Assembly: GCA_964016885.1 (NCBI GenBank)
Contig: OZ024742.1
Span: 299,336,001 to 299,400,000 of the forward strand
Length of the DNA: 64,000 bases
Reading direction: 5' to 3'
Source: Eledone cirrhosa
Lineage: Eukaryota
In this document: positions 28,051 through 42,090 of the stretch, in pieces
Layout of the letters: each line of letters opens with the position of its first letter
How positions within the stretch are numbered: the stretch's first letter is position 1
The notes under the pieces: model-generated
What the model was told of the DNA's origin: nothing
Seen by the model: the letters and a program-made list of their open reading frames with translations, nothing else
Databases searched by the model: none
Translations under genes and position numbers: made by a program

Positions 28051-28715
28051 CCACCAAGTCTACAGTTTTGAGATGAAAATTGAAAATTTCGCCCCAGAAA
28101 GGAGCGAAAATTAGTTGACTCAACGTCTGACGGCCCAGGCAAGGGGTTAAACTAAACAATGTTATTAAATTGAGCAATAAACTCACAGTTTTTTTTACAA
28201 TAATCCGTAAAAATCCGGAGCGAAGTAAATCACGTCTATATCAAGTGGTAATTGATATAGAGAGTAGGTAGGGAGAGAGTTCCGTGTAGTAGATATAGAG
28301 AGGGGGAGAATTTGGTTGTTGTAGATATACAGAGAAGGATACTGGGAGATTATATATATATAGGAGATGAATAAATTTGGTATGATACCAGTTTCTTACC
28401 AAATGCGAAGAGGCTCGATATATTAACCCCTTAGGAAAGGGCACAGAGCATAATTTTTTAAAATTATATATATACAGTGGTGCTGAAACTGGAGGACATT
28501 CCCCATTCCAATAATTAATGTTTTTTCCCAAACTACCAAAACTCTCATTTATTTCGATATGCGCCACAATTTATGTACATGTTATGTTTATCGCATATGG
28601 AAGTGTTTTTTTTTTACCATTTTAAGTGCAAAGAGCTAATTTAATCAAAACTAAGTTGTCCAAATTTGGCGCCCCCAATTCAGAAATGCTCCCGCCTCCC
28701 CTGCATATATAAATA

Positions 28716-28765
<50 letters not shown>

Positions 28766-28769
28766 TATA

Positions 28770-28800
28770 CTAGCTTAATAACCCGGCGTTGCCCGGGTTA
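28770..28800 (-). mobile_element. Helitron-type 3' terminus
   Basis: Minus strand cccgggcaacgccggg hairpin ~8 nt before CTAG|T. Confidence 0.7.
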
Positions 28801-29232
28801 CTGCTGTTCTTATTCAGATTAGTAAACAATAAATATGAAGATATGTTTTTTTCTCATAATTATTTCAAAATATCTATACTTTGTTAAAGAAATATCAAAA
28901 TTGTAATGATATTAGAAATTAGAAATGAAAATCTGTTAATCTTGAAGCCCCTTAGGGTAAACAATATTCATTGTGTCATTTTTTGTTGGTGTCCAAATGA
29001 ATAAATTGTTGCTACACCCTCACACACATACACTTTCACATACATATACTAAGACAGGCACACACAGACATACATTCCCGCATACAAACGCATATCTTTT
29101 CACCTAATTTGTTTGACAGTCGCTACATATGTATATGTATGTGTAGATGTGTGTGTATTTAATAACGTACCTAATGAACGCGCACACACACAGTCACATA
29201 CATATGTGACGTCGTTGTGTTGTTTTTTATTG

Positions 29233-29303
29233 TTTTAATCCAAAGGAAAATAAAAATTATCACACTTACACTCACATACACTCTCACATATATATATTAA
29301 GAA

Positions 29304-29345
<42 letters not shown>

Positions 29346-29410
29346 TGTGAGAGTGGTGTATGTGTGTGTGAGTGTATGTGTGATAATTTTTATTTTCCTT
29401 TGGATTAAAA
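29233..29410. repeat. Inverted repeat (~60-bp arms) enclosing a (TA)n centre
   Basis: ttttaatccaaaggaaaataaaaattatcacac / gtgtgataatttttattttcctttggattaaaa. Confidence 0.8.
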
Positions 29411-29450
29411 TAATAGAAAACAATATTGCTTGTTGAAGAACACACATATG

Positions 29451-29495
<45 letters not shown>

Positions 29496-29544
29496 ACACA
29501 CACACACACACACCAAACACACACACACACATATATATATATAT

Positions 29545-30108
29545 GTATAGATGAAGACATGTATAATATATATACATACTTATGTGAAGGCGCATGGCTT
29601 AGTGGTTAGAGCATTGGGCTTGCAATCGAAAGGTTGTGAGTTCAATTCTCGGACCGGGTGATGTGTTGTTTCCTTCAGCAAGACAATTTATTTCAGGTTG
29701 CTCCAGTTTACTCAGCTGTAGAAATGAGATGATAGGGACTGGGGTCCCTGTCATTAAATTACCCAAGACACCTTCAACGAGATATACCTTGGAGGAGCCC
29801 AGCTAAACCTACATAGGTGTGAGCTGTCACACAGATACATATATATATTTACCTGGGCTCCTCCAAGGTATATCTCGTTGAAGGTGTCTTGGGTAATTTA
29901 ATGACAGGGACCCCAGTCTCTATCATCTCATTTCTACAGCTGAGTAAACTGGAGCAACCTAAAATAAATTGTCTTGCTGAAGGAAAAATCACATCATCCG
30001 GTCCGAGAATTGAACTCACAACCTTTCGATAGCAACCCAATGCTCTAACCACTAAGCCATGCGCCTTCACATAAGTATGTATATATATTATACATGTATT
30101 CATCTATA
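29545..30108. repeat. Inverted duplication of a tRNA-SINE plus its flank (arms ~29545-29801 and ~29853-30108)
   Basis: Arms are near-perfect reverse complements. Confidence 0.9.
29583..29730 (+). mobile_element. tRNA-derived SINE (mirror copy ~29925-30072, minus strand)
   Basis: A box tggcttagtgg, B box gttcaattc; same family as 56202-56300. Confidence 0.8.
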
Positions 30109-30269
30109 TATATATATATATATATGAATTGAAATACTAGAGTGTGTTGGAGTAAAACACCCTCTTCGTATTATAGAAATGACAGCAAAGGTATAGCTCA
30201 ATGTAATTAAACAGAGCCGAAGAATTATGAAAATAAACCAAAGAAGCCTTCAATACATCAAAAGTCTTT

Positions 30270-30314
30270 ATTAGCCAACAATGTTTCGTCCTATTAAGGA
30301 CTCATCAGGGCAAT
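30270..30314 (-). ncRNA. Canonical-core minimal HHR (sense copy of PLE-2)
   Basis: Reverse complement of 34309-34353. Confidence 0.85.
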
Positions 30315-32108
30315 TAAAGCTATAAGAAGCACTATCAGCCAATACAAGTCGAAAACTCAGAAGAATATAGAGTGTACATAGATTAAATCATAGGAAAATA
30401 ATCGGGTAAAAATTATCAAGTAAAAAATTATGAAGTGAAAATTGCTAAGGAAGTAAGTAACATTTTGAACCATATTACAAATATAGTCCAATGCAAAAAC
30501 TAGAGCTAAAACAGGGGTGGTGATATAGAGCGGGAATTATTGTACTATATATAATATAATATAATATATTATAATTAATAATGATAATAATAATAATGTT
30601 AAAAGGCCCAATATACATATATATATATATACATATGTACACATATATACATATATATCAATACACATTTCCATCAATAGAAGCACTAACTAACCCTTAT
30701 TAAGAGTTTAAATATAAATAATAATAATAATAATAAAAATAAAAATAAAAATACAAATGAAAATAAAATTAAAAATATAATACATATAATATTTACAGTA
30801 TAAAATGAAGAATAAATGATTAAAAGTAAGCATAAAATATATAATAAACTATATAATTATATAATAGATAATCTCCGGTTAATTTGCACAAACAATATAA
30901 ATGTTACAATAACACTAAAATAACAATATTATAATATAATGGCATATAATTTAACAAATCATATAGAGTTACAGACCGGGTGAGAAAAAATATTGTACAG
31001 AACTAAATTATATTGGAAAAATTATGTTGGAAAAATATCAAAACCATTGCAAGAGAATAGATGGAGGTCAAATTTCTATACAGTTGGTGTAAATAAATAT
31101 TATCCAAACATTACAAGAATTATAAAAATATAAACATATTACAGGATTTACAGAATTTAACATAACATAATGGTACATTTAATAATCGGTAAATAATAAA
31201 GATCAGTAGTACGTTTACAAAGAGTGGAATGATATAAAATTTCAATATAAAATATTGAACATAGTATAATATACATAATTACATGGTTGGTGGAGAGACA
31301 TTTGTGAATAAGTGAATGAGAGCCAGACAGACAGACTACGCACGGTAGTATATATAAATAAATAAATAAAATCAACCGGAAATCGAAAAACAGTAACAAA
31401 AGTATTTACTTAGGTGTCACATGCAGTTAAGTAAAAAAAATTTAGGAAACAAACCCGGATAAATGACTAGAAAACCCTATTAAATTAATGTTTATTGAAA
31501 GTACTTAAAATACATAATAAGTCCATACAAAATTAGCTATGGTTTAAGTAATCAAAATCCCCGAATTTAAAGATATCACTATAAAAATATATATCTGGAA
31601 AAATGAAATATTCAACTATCAGTTCAATAACGTTATCTAATAAACAGACTTTAAATAGAGTTATGGTAGGCCAATGGGGACAGAAAAAAGAAATGTATGG
31701 AGGATACGAAAGGGCATAAAATCATAATCAACATACTGTATTATACAATAGAAAGGAGCGTAAAAGGGAATTGAATATAATTATAGTGTATTTGAAGGGG
31801 CGAGTGACAAGTGTGTATGTGTGTGTGTGGGGGGGGGGGGGGGGGGGGGGTAGTAGTTATCCAAAGAAGAATCCAAATAAAATAAAATAAAATAAAATAA
31901 TATAAAATAAAGTAAAATATATAATCAGATATAAACTCATAAGGTGTTAATAGTGAAAATATAATAGTTAAGAAGATAGAAATGGTATGGTAGCCAAAAG
32001 ATTATGAAAGCTATAATGAAAAGCTGTCAAAAGCCAATGATAAAAATGATGATAATGAACGTGGTAAACATAATGAACCTAAGCTAAAAAGATAAGGGAA
32101 TGTAGCAG

Positions 32109-33745
32109 CTAATGGATACAATTTACACTACTAGAACCTTTAGGTTTATAATAAAAGTAAGAATTTGAAATGGCGTGGGGGCAAGAAGAGAATATCTCAG
32201 ACTTTCTATTAAGTAAGGTTTCCCTAGAGAAAATTATAGAGTGGGTCTCAAGGATACAGAGATTACAAAATTTAGTATGTATTGAAAGGTTATTAGAGCG
32301 TGTTACTATACGCCAACTAAGACTATATGGTATATTAGCCCCCTTAAGATCCCAGATATGGTGTGCTAAAGAAGTAGAATTCTTAAACTTAACATGTTTA
32401 AAATTAGAGATATGAGAATTAAAACTAGTCTTAAAAGTGTTAGATGTAGAGCCTATATATGTGCTATTAAAAAAATTAGTTTTAACCACACAAGCATAAA
32501 CGATGTTCTTAGAGAGGCAGTTACCGTTTAAAGGGCAGTTATCACTCACTCTACAGTTACACTTCCGGGTGTTATTGATCGGCTGAAGTAGTGATACATC
32601 GCACGTAAGATTACTATGAGATAAAGTCTGCTCTGGTGGTAAGGCATTTACGGATCTATTCTGACTAGTAGTACGTAGAGAGGAGTATCCATCCCTAATT
32701 TTCCCATTGTTAGTGCTAGCTAAATGAGAACTAATATTAGGGGTGGTAGAGAATGAAAGTTTAATTACATTTTTATTAAAAATACTATGGTATTTATTAG
32801 TAGGAGGGAAATTTTTCTCTAAGATAGAAAAGAAAGACCTAGGGATGTTAGTTAATACTTCCTGATTATATGCCGGGTTAAAATAAGTATTTAGTCTCCT
32901 TCTATTTTTATCCTTACCAACTCTACCGTTATCTAATATCACATTATTAAGATTTGGGTTACTACAAGGATTAGTTAAAACCACATTACTAGAATCAGCC
33001 GAAACTCGATTAAGTCTCTTTCTGTTTCTACCTCTAGTATATCTGCTGCCATCTGGAATCATATCAAAAGGATTGGGGCCAATAATAGGATCAGTAGAAA
33101 CAACATTATTAGAATTAGGTATATCAAAAGTATTACCAATGGGTGAGCGCTCAGAGGGCTCGACTTGATTCCTAGAAGTATTAGATTCCCTGCTACGAGT
33201 CCGGTGGCTTAACCCATGGATGAGTTCAGATACACCTATGTGATTTCTACGATTCTTATGCTTTCTACTCCCGTTCATGGCCATATTATGGGATATTATG
33301 TTATTATTATAAGTAAGCGGAGACTTTCTAAGGTTACTATTATTATAATGTATTTTACCAGAGTAACCTGAGTTAGCTAGGGCATTATTATAGTACTCTG
33401 CATGTGCATTAAACGTTCCTACGTCCTTAGAGAGTGTGGAAATCCTATTAGATACACCATTAATTATAGAGCGTATCATAGATTTGGGGTGGTTAGAATT
33501 TGGACTAACATAAGAGAGTATTTCATTAGGATTATGGAAGGGTTTAAAACTATTAGTGACCAAGTCCAAAGTCACATTTAAAAAGTTGACCGCTCTATCG
33601 TTTCTATCTATCGTGATCGAAAGGTTATAGCTTTTAAAAAACTTATAAAGCTTCTTCTTATTATGTTCGACGTTGTTGGTGCTAGAGTTAATCACAAACA
33701 ATGCATCGTCACGATAAAGTCCGCCTTTAAGGTGCGGAAAGGTAA
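32109..33745 (-). CDS. PLE-2 partial ORF: RT C-terminus, linker and GIY-YIG endonuclease (open but 5'-truncated)
   Basis: GGLYRDDAL, VNFLNVTLDL, YFNPAY, CNCRVSDNCPLNGNCL, IVY..YIGST, CNLCILE, SSCPH. Confidence 0.9.
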
Positions 33746-34308
33746 CATATAGTTATTACATAATTATATAGTTTATTATATATTTTATGCTTACTTTTAA
33801 TCATTTATTCTTCATTTTATACTGTAAATATTATATGTATTATATTTTTAATTTTATTTTCATTTGTATCTTTATTTTTATTATTCTTATTCTTATTTAT
33901 ATTTAAACTCTTAATAAGGGTTAGTTAGTGCTTCTATTGATGGAAATGTGTATTGATATATATGTATATATGTGTACATATGTATATATATATATTGTAT
34001 ATTGGGCCTTTTAACATTATTATTATTATCATTATTAATTATATTATATTATATTATATTATATTATATTATATATAGTACAATAATTCCCGCTCTATAT
34101 CACCACCCCTGTTTTAGCTCTAGTTTTTGCATTGGTCTATATTTGTAATATGGTTCAAAATGTTACTTACTTCCTTAGCAATTTTCACTTCATAATTTTT
34201 TACTTGATAATTTTTACCCGATTATTTTCCTATGATTTAATCTATGTACACTCTATATTCTTCTGAGTTTTCGACTTGTATTGGCTGATAGTGCTTCTTA
34301 TAGCTTTA

Positions 34309-34353
34309 ATTGCCCTGATGAGTCCTTAATAGGACGAAACATTGTTGGCTAAT
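34309..34353 (+). ncRNA. Canonical-core minimal HHR
   Basis: attgcc-CTGATGA-gtcct taat aggac-GAAAC att GTT-ggc t aat(aaa). Confidence 0.85.
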
Positions 34354-34394
34354 AAAGCCCTTTGATGTATTGAAGGCTTCTTTGGTTTATTTTC

Positions 34395-34447
<53 letters not shown>

Positions 34448-34450
<3 letters not shown>

Positions 34451-34902
34451 AAAGTTCTATTTAAATTGTTGAGATACAACAAGCAAATATTTTTATAACT
34501 GATATAAAGCACTCGACACGTATTTGGAGTATATATACGATATTAACAAATGGAAACTATATTTATAAAACCATATTTATTTTATTATACATATTTCAAG
34601 GATACCATGTTAAATTATGGTATGCCTTCATCAGACAAAATACAATATATACCAGTTTTATAAATAAACATTGACGTACCCTTTCAAAATGCAACCGTTA
34701 CTTTTGGAAGACATCAGGATATCCTGATGTCTTCCAAAATTAACGGTTGCATGTTGAAAGGGTACGTCAATGTTTATTTATAAAACTGGTATATATTGTA
34801 TTTTGTCTGATGAAGGCATACCATCATTTAACATGGTATCCTTGAAATATGTATAATAAAATAAATATGGTTTTATAAATATAGTTTCCATTTGTTAATA
34901 TC

Positions 34903-34905
<3 letters not shown>
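34448..34905 (-). mobile_element. Near-perfect palindromic mini-element (centre ~34720; tail 34448-34530)
   Basis: ~185-bp arms abut at aggatatcct; HHR in each arm. Confidence 0.85.
34801..34861 (+). ncRNA. Type I HHR (mirror copy 34580-34640, minus strand)
   Basis: ttttgt-CTGATGA-agg.atacca..tggtat cct-GAAA tatgta TA-ataaaa. Confidence 0.75.
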
Positions 34906-34959
<54 letters not shown>

Positions 34960-35436
34960 CGTGTGTGTGTGTCCTGTGTATGTATATGTGTGTTCTTCAA
35001 CAAGCAATATTTCTTAATCTTCAAATTATTGAAATATAATAGCTCGTTGTAATAATAACACTGGAAAGGAAAAAATATAGTAATTAATAATCAAACTTAT
35101 TGTAATCGACGCATCTGATATTATTTTCTTGCCATCTTTTCTAAATCTTCCCAATCATTGTCAACATGCGTTTACTTTTCTCTTCATATGAGGTTGTAAT
35201 TTTAAGATTATTTATTAAAGGATTTTCCTCTAAGCATGAAAATTCAATTTTCTATCAAATTAATTATTAATTCTTTGAAATCAAATTGCTTTTTCATTGA
35301 GCGTTGCAAACAATTACAAGTATAATTCTATCCAACTAAGTAGCAAATTGTAATTCATTCGGAAAATATAATTCAGTACAGCAGCACCTATCATTAATAC
35401 TGATGCCTTTCTTTTATATGGTGTTCTATTCAGTTG

Positions 35437-35492
<56 letters not shown>

Positions 35493-36119
35493 GCGGGAGC
35501 ATTATAATACTGCCTATGGTTTACTTAGACGTTTTAGGCAAGTGATAGTTAGGTTGGGCATTCGGTTCTCAAAGATCTCATTACACGTTGTAAGGGATTT
35601 CAAATTGCTACCAACATAGATACTAAATTTACCAAAATAAATACAATTATAATATCAACAAATATACAGCTACACCATGTTTCATGTCACAATAACACAG
35701 TCACACAACTCAATAATTCATACAAAAAAGAATACAATAGATATCACAAACCTAAACTTTCTCATGCTGACTCACAATACATACTTACAGAACACAAAAT
35801 ATCATACAACAATCAAGATATGACAACTTCAGCAAGTAAACACTTTGCAGAAAATATGGGATTCAACCAATGTACGAGAGGAAATACAGAAAAAATAGAT
35901 AAAAATTGATTTATACTACAGAAAACAAGGAATAGAAATATATTTTCTGCAAGCCACTTGTAATTAACTGTGACAAGTCCTAGTGGAGTACTAATGTTGT
36001 ATATGTAAAAGTGCATAGGGCGTCAGAATACGTAAATCGAAAAAGTTCTTAAGCAAAACTGAATGTATCCTGCAACTACTGAGTTTATCAATATTTGCAT
36101 CACGCCTTCCCCTCCACAG

Positions 36120-36503
<384 letters not shown>

Positions 36504-37014
36504 ATATATATATATATCTATATATATATATATATCTAACACACAACCTATATATATAAATATATATCCTGCTGTATCAAGCGTTAACCTAATATATACC
36601 TTCCATATACTGTACCGATTGTGTTGTTATTTCTGTTTACCTTTTACATATATATTTATATATATATATGCGTACGTGTGTACGTGATCACCTGCACATA
36701 GAAGTGAGACTACTGTCTACGTACGTGTAAATATGTGTCCTTCCATATGTGAACATATTCATATATGTACACCTGAACGTATGTTCATAAATGTAGATCC
36801 TTATGTATAGGTCTGTGTCTATATGTAGGCATACATACATGAAGCGATGATGCAAATAATACATACTTTCAGTTACAAGTTTGCTCGAAAGCGATACGTT
36901 TGTGTTCTTAGTATAGCAATGCGCGTAGTGTAGAATAGTTTGTTCAGTTAATGGAAGAGTATATGTGAGTAGCATCATCTGTGAAATGAACAAGATTATT
37001 TAAGCAATAAGATA

Positions 37015-37207
37015 CAGACCTCCCAACCTCTAAAATCCTAAACGGGGAGTACTATGAAAAAAGTGCCTCAGAACGGGGTGAAATGAGGCAAAATGGGGAG
37101 ATTTTACAAAATGAAAGCTATGCCCATTTTCACAAGAGAAAACATCTCTCACCCAGGCCAGAGTGGGTGGGAAATCTCCTGTTGGATTGGGAGATTTGAG
37201 AGGTCTG
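37015..37207. mobile_element. Probable MITE
   Basis: Imperfect terminal inverted repeats cagacctcccaacctc / gagatttgagaggtctg. Confidence 0.5.
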
Positions 37208-37589
37208 AATATATCTCTAAAGCTCTAGCAGATTTCATTTGGTAAGGTTTACAAGCCGCTTCTCCGAATTGAGAAATCACAGCTCCAATACTATGCCCAT
37301 GTGGTTAGAATGTCGCTAGACAGATTTTCTGGCAAAATAAACCGGCAGGAGATATAGGGATAGGCCCCAAGCAAGATGTCTGTATAACATCCATGAGTTT
37401 GGCTTGTCTCACTTTGGCATCCAGCCGGATTTGTTGGATACGGTTGCTTCTGACAGGACTCGCAGGAAGGAATGTTTTAGGGCTCTGCCCGAACAACCCA
37501 CTCAGGTATACGTGGGTGAAGAAGAAAACATCGCCAGGTGATGATATTAAGTTAGACATGGCCTGGGCCAATACTGGCCGAAATCTATA

Positions 37590-37696
37590 AATGTACAGCT
37601 TCAAATTGAGGCGTCTGTTTACAAACGAATCGAACCTTATTATTAGTGCTCGATATAACCCATACGTACATATGTATATGTATATATTTGTGTGTA

Positions 37697-37778
<82 letters not shown>

Positions 37779-37870
37779 GTATGTGTGTGTGTGTATGTGT
37801 GTGTGTTTATGTGTACATTTATGTATCAGCTGTGCTAGGGCAAGAAATAAAATTACAATTTTATTTTATT
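37590..37870 (+). mobile_element. LINE-like 3' end split by a microsatellite (family D)
   Basis: gatataacccatacgtacat...catttatgtatcagctgtgctaggg..ataaaatt also at 55400-55600, 55800-55862 and 56440-56495. Confidence 0.55.
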
Positions 37871-40099
37871 TTATTTTATATATATATATACATCATACAT
37901 ACATAATACATGCATATGTGTATGTGTGTAAGCATATGTATGTATTGATATATTTGACATGTGCATATGTGGACATGTATGCAAAGGATCAGTGTATCTA
38001 AAAATTGATATATAAATATCAGCATTTAAAGTTGTGACATTCTGAATTTATTAGTAGAACCCTAAACTAAATGCTAAGAAAGTGTTATATGCATGGATAC
38101 ACAGGTAATACGTATCTGCATGGATACACGGTTTTCAATTACATTTAAACAAGTATATCCTAATGATGCAGTATGTTTCAATATCTACGACTAGCATAAG
38201 GCTCTTTATGCAGCAGAAGTAAGCCTATTGCGATTCTCGAAAACATGTAATTTGAAAATAATTATTAATGCAGCAATATCGATGTTCTTTATGTCAATCT
38301 TAGATACTCAACCAATCGTGATATATGCATAGTTTCTTATGCAACTTCACCCTATCATTATATGGATTCACAATAAAAGCAATCTTTTGGTAAACATTTA
38401 TGCTTCATAAGCATATATCCATCGTTCATTATTCTTGATTGTCAGAAAAAAATATTATCATCTCTCAAAACACATTTTCAATAAAGGGGATTACCAGCAA
38501 AATCAATTTGTTTGAATTTGTTCCGATTCTTAGGTTTGAATTAGTACCAATCACTGATCATTAAAGTGAGAATCATGTGGCCATAATTTGTGTTTCTATA
38601 AGTATTTTGAATTAAATGCTCCCCATTTTGCATTCACAACGCAAAGTTTTCAGAAACAGGGGATCGAATTATGTCGAATTATGTATTATATTATGGATGA
38701 TGGTTGCAAATATGAATGGATCAAATTTCATGTGATACTTCCATAACTCTTTTACAACGTGATTTCATTGTATTTACTTATATACTGATAATACTGATAT
38801 AATGATGTAACCAGGCCATAGAAATACATCTTGTGATATTGCTAGAGTATACTTTGAGTCCAGCCTGTCGATATATATATATATAACACTTAATCAGAAC
38901 ATAATTTCGTACACGCACACACTCATACGTAGAGCGCTTACATTCAACCGCATGCAAAGACTACTCTGACGGCACATACATGTTTCCACAACTCAGCCAC
39001 CTACCACATGCAATGCATATATACACGTACAATCACAAACATTTTACGCTTACCCACATGCTCAACCACACTACATGTGCATAAATAAATTCACCTAATG
39101 CCAGACACCCCAGAAGACAGTAATCTTTACCCACATCTAACTTTCTATTTAATAACCACTAGTTGCCCTTTTCCTTTTCAACCTTATTTGTCCATTTAAT
39201 TCACTCTTTCCCGTGCGGTCCCTATCCTTTTTCTGATGAACATCTATCTTCCGAGACGTCGAAGACACTCATTGAATTTAATTCTCATTTAAGTGACGAA
39301 CAGAAATATCATTGTAATATATTCTTTATGTATTATATTTTTATGTATTATATTTTTTATGTCTGTGTGTGTCTATGTTTGGATGTCTGTGTGTGTCTTC
39401 CACACGTCTTACTGTCTATCAATCTATATCTATCATTCCATCTATTATTTATCTATTTAATAAGCGGCTTTTTTTACAGCAGTTTAAATGAAATGTCGTA
39501 TGTGCTAATGAAACGTGTTCAACAATAAATCAAGAATGGGATTTCTATTTTGGTTGACAATGATTAGTACGACTGTATTGATTACCGGTCACCATGGCTA
39601 TCCTTAGATACCAAGTGTTCTATAATACTGTGTCGATTGAACCGAAGATCATTTGAATTGAAATGCACATCTACTTCATACACGGACACATACAGACACA
39701 TATACACACACATATACATATACAGACACACACATATACAGACACACACACATACATATATATATATGTATATACTTATACATTTTTTCTAATATTTTAT
39801 ATAGTAATGAAATTATTGTGTACAGTGCTCAGGTACACTACCACTCATCAAAGGTGTATGTATAGTACATAGTATAATGTCCAAATGTCAGGAAAATGAA
39901 CAGTGTACGAGTTATGAAATACATGTGTGCGTGTGTATGGAGGGGGGGATATCAGGTGTAGTGTTGGAAAATCTCAGGAAACATGGAGGTTTTGTGTATA
40001 TATATATATATATGTAGGAGGTGAGTTTTATTGTAGTACAATAAAGCAATGCAGATATCGGATAAGAAGCACTCTACAGTTTGTAGGACTGGAGTATAC

Positions 40100-40472
40100 A
40101 TAATATATAAGATCAAAAGTTATAACTGACACCAATTCCTTCACCTATTTTGGCTCCACTTCCACCTCCTTTAAAGCTCGTCTTTATAATCATCATTCGT
40201 CTTTTAAATACCAACTTAAAAGAACCAACACGGCACTCTCAGAACTCATATGGTCCTTGAAAGACAAAAATATTAAATATAACATCTCTTGGAAAAAGGT
40301 TTCTTCTGCTTCTTCATACTTGAACAGTTCTCTATCCAAGACTTGCAATCTCTGTTTAAATGAAAAATTTACCATTATATCTAATTTAGATTCTATAATA
40401 AATAGACGCACTGACTTGTTTTCTCTCTGCTTGCATAAATTCCACAGAACATTCCATCAAGTATACAGCTAA
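40100..40472 (+). pseudogene. PLE GIY-YIG endonuclease fragment
   Basis: IIYK..TYFGSTSTSFKARLYNHHSSF..TALSELIWSLK..ISWK..CNLCLNEK..SLCLH. Confidence 0.88.
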
Positions 40473-40911
40473 TATCTAATACTTTATCAATTTAAAATCC
40501 TTTTCTCAAAGGCACATATATATATATATATACTTCTTTAAAAATATACCCATCTTTCTACCTTATTTCAAAGTTATTTATTATACATTATATAATACTA
40601 GTTACTCATTCTATATCACTCCTATTTATCACTTCCCTTTCTTCCTTTTCCTTTTTCTTTTAATTTCTAACCCCTAATCTGTACCTTTCTCATTGTGCCT
40701 AACATAGAAACAATTATTACACAGTACAATATATTCTTACTTTATATCACCTTGAAAAAATCCTTCGTAAACATAAACATTTTTTTGACGTTAGATTATT
40801 CATCCTCAATTCATTATTTTTTTCTCCCTTTCATGTTCATCTAACTTATTCATCCTATCTTCTACTTCTTTCACAATATATCCTTACTTATATTACTATT
40901 GCTTTTTTTAA

Positions 40912-41090
40912 TAATACATATCAACATTTTCTTTCCATCGCACATATTATTAAACCCTTAAATATTATTCTTAATACATATTAACATTTTCTTTCCATCG
41001 CACATATTATTAAACCCTTAAATATTATTCTTAATACATATTAACAATTTATTTTCATCGCACATATTATTAAACCCTTCAATATACAAA
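40912..41090. repeat. 60-bp tandem repeat, three copies, in the PLE-4 UTR
   Basis: catcgcacatattattaaaccctt at 60-bp spacing. Confidence 0.9.
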
Positions 41091-41425
41091 CCTTAACTTA
41101 ACATTATTTTTCTCTTCGTTAATTTTCAAATTCTTTTAATTTATATATTAACTTCCAACGGTTTTTCAACCTCTCTATGTAAAACAATATATTCTTCTCA
41201 GTTATAAAAGCTATCTCTCTCTCTCTATCACCTATCTCTCCTCCTATCTCATCCTTCCTCATTATACTCCTCCCCCTCCACTTTTTACTCTCATCTCCTC
41301 CTCTTTTTCATCATTTCCAACATTTTTTTCCCCAATATCACACATCAATCTAAAACTACTTTTCATATGTTGATTTAAAACTGCACTATTCACAAGTGTG
41401 TTTTAACCTTCATATCATGTCTTCC

Positions 41426-41496
41426 TATTTTATCTGATGAAAACACAAATGCTATTGCATGGTGATATTTGTTTTCGAAATGCGCATAATAAAATA
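41426..41496 (+). ncRNA. Type I HHR
   Basis: tattttat-CTGATGA-aaac.caaat..atttg tttt-GAAA tgcgca TA-ataaaata (8-bp stem I). Confidence 0.8.
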
Positions 41497-41524
41497 CATG
41501 GAACTCTTTTAACCATCTTTTGAT

Positions 41525-41639
<115 letters not shown>

Positions 41640-41840
41640 GTGTGTGTATGCGTGTGTATCTACAGTTACCGGCGGCGTGCCGTTCACAGCACTCAATGCT
41701 ATTACAAGGTCCGTCTTGTGTTGGATTGTATTCCGGACTTAAGGCGGCTGTAGTGTACAGAGTGCACATAGAGAATAGAATAAGCAGAATCGAAGTCATT
41801 TTTATATCATATATACAAACTTTACTGCGTGCGTGTGTAT

Positions 41841-41897
<57 letters not shown>

Positions 41898-41899
41898 CA

Positions 41900-41989
<90 letters not shown>

Positions 41990-41992
<3 letters not shown>

Positions 41993-42090
41993 ATAATAAA
42001 TGTGTAGACTAAAATCCAAAGATGGCTCAATAAGGATAAATATATATAAAATATATAAGAATCCTAGAGCAATATGTTATTTTAATAAAT
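41990..42090. mobile_element. Family E short insert in (TA)n (second copy 47872-48030)
   Basis: actaaaatccaaaga.ggctcaataaggataaata shared between the copies. Confidence 0.6.

Larger units (their letters stand above)
23774..28245 (-). mobile_element. Tx1/L1-like LINE with intact 5' end and missing 3' end
   Basis: ORF1 with CCHC knuckle followed by APE-RT ORF2. Confidence 0.9.
30126..34400 (-). mobile_element. PLE-2: Penelope-like element, 5'-truncated at RT motif C, with inverted pseudo-LTR
   Basis: Arms ~30225-30865 and ~33754-34400; tail 30126-30224; (TA)n flanks. Confidence 0.92.

Noticed and set aside
29583-29660. tRNA-like A and B boxes
   Set aside because: No acceptor stem or cloverleaf; it continues into a SINE body seen elsewhere in the window.
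39228-39265. ctgatga...gagacgtcgaag, a possible old Penelope HHR
   Set aside because: Stem II and GAAA are too decayed to call.
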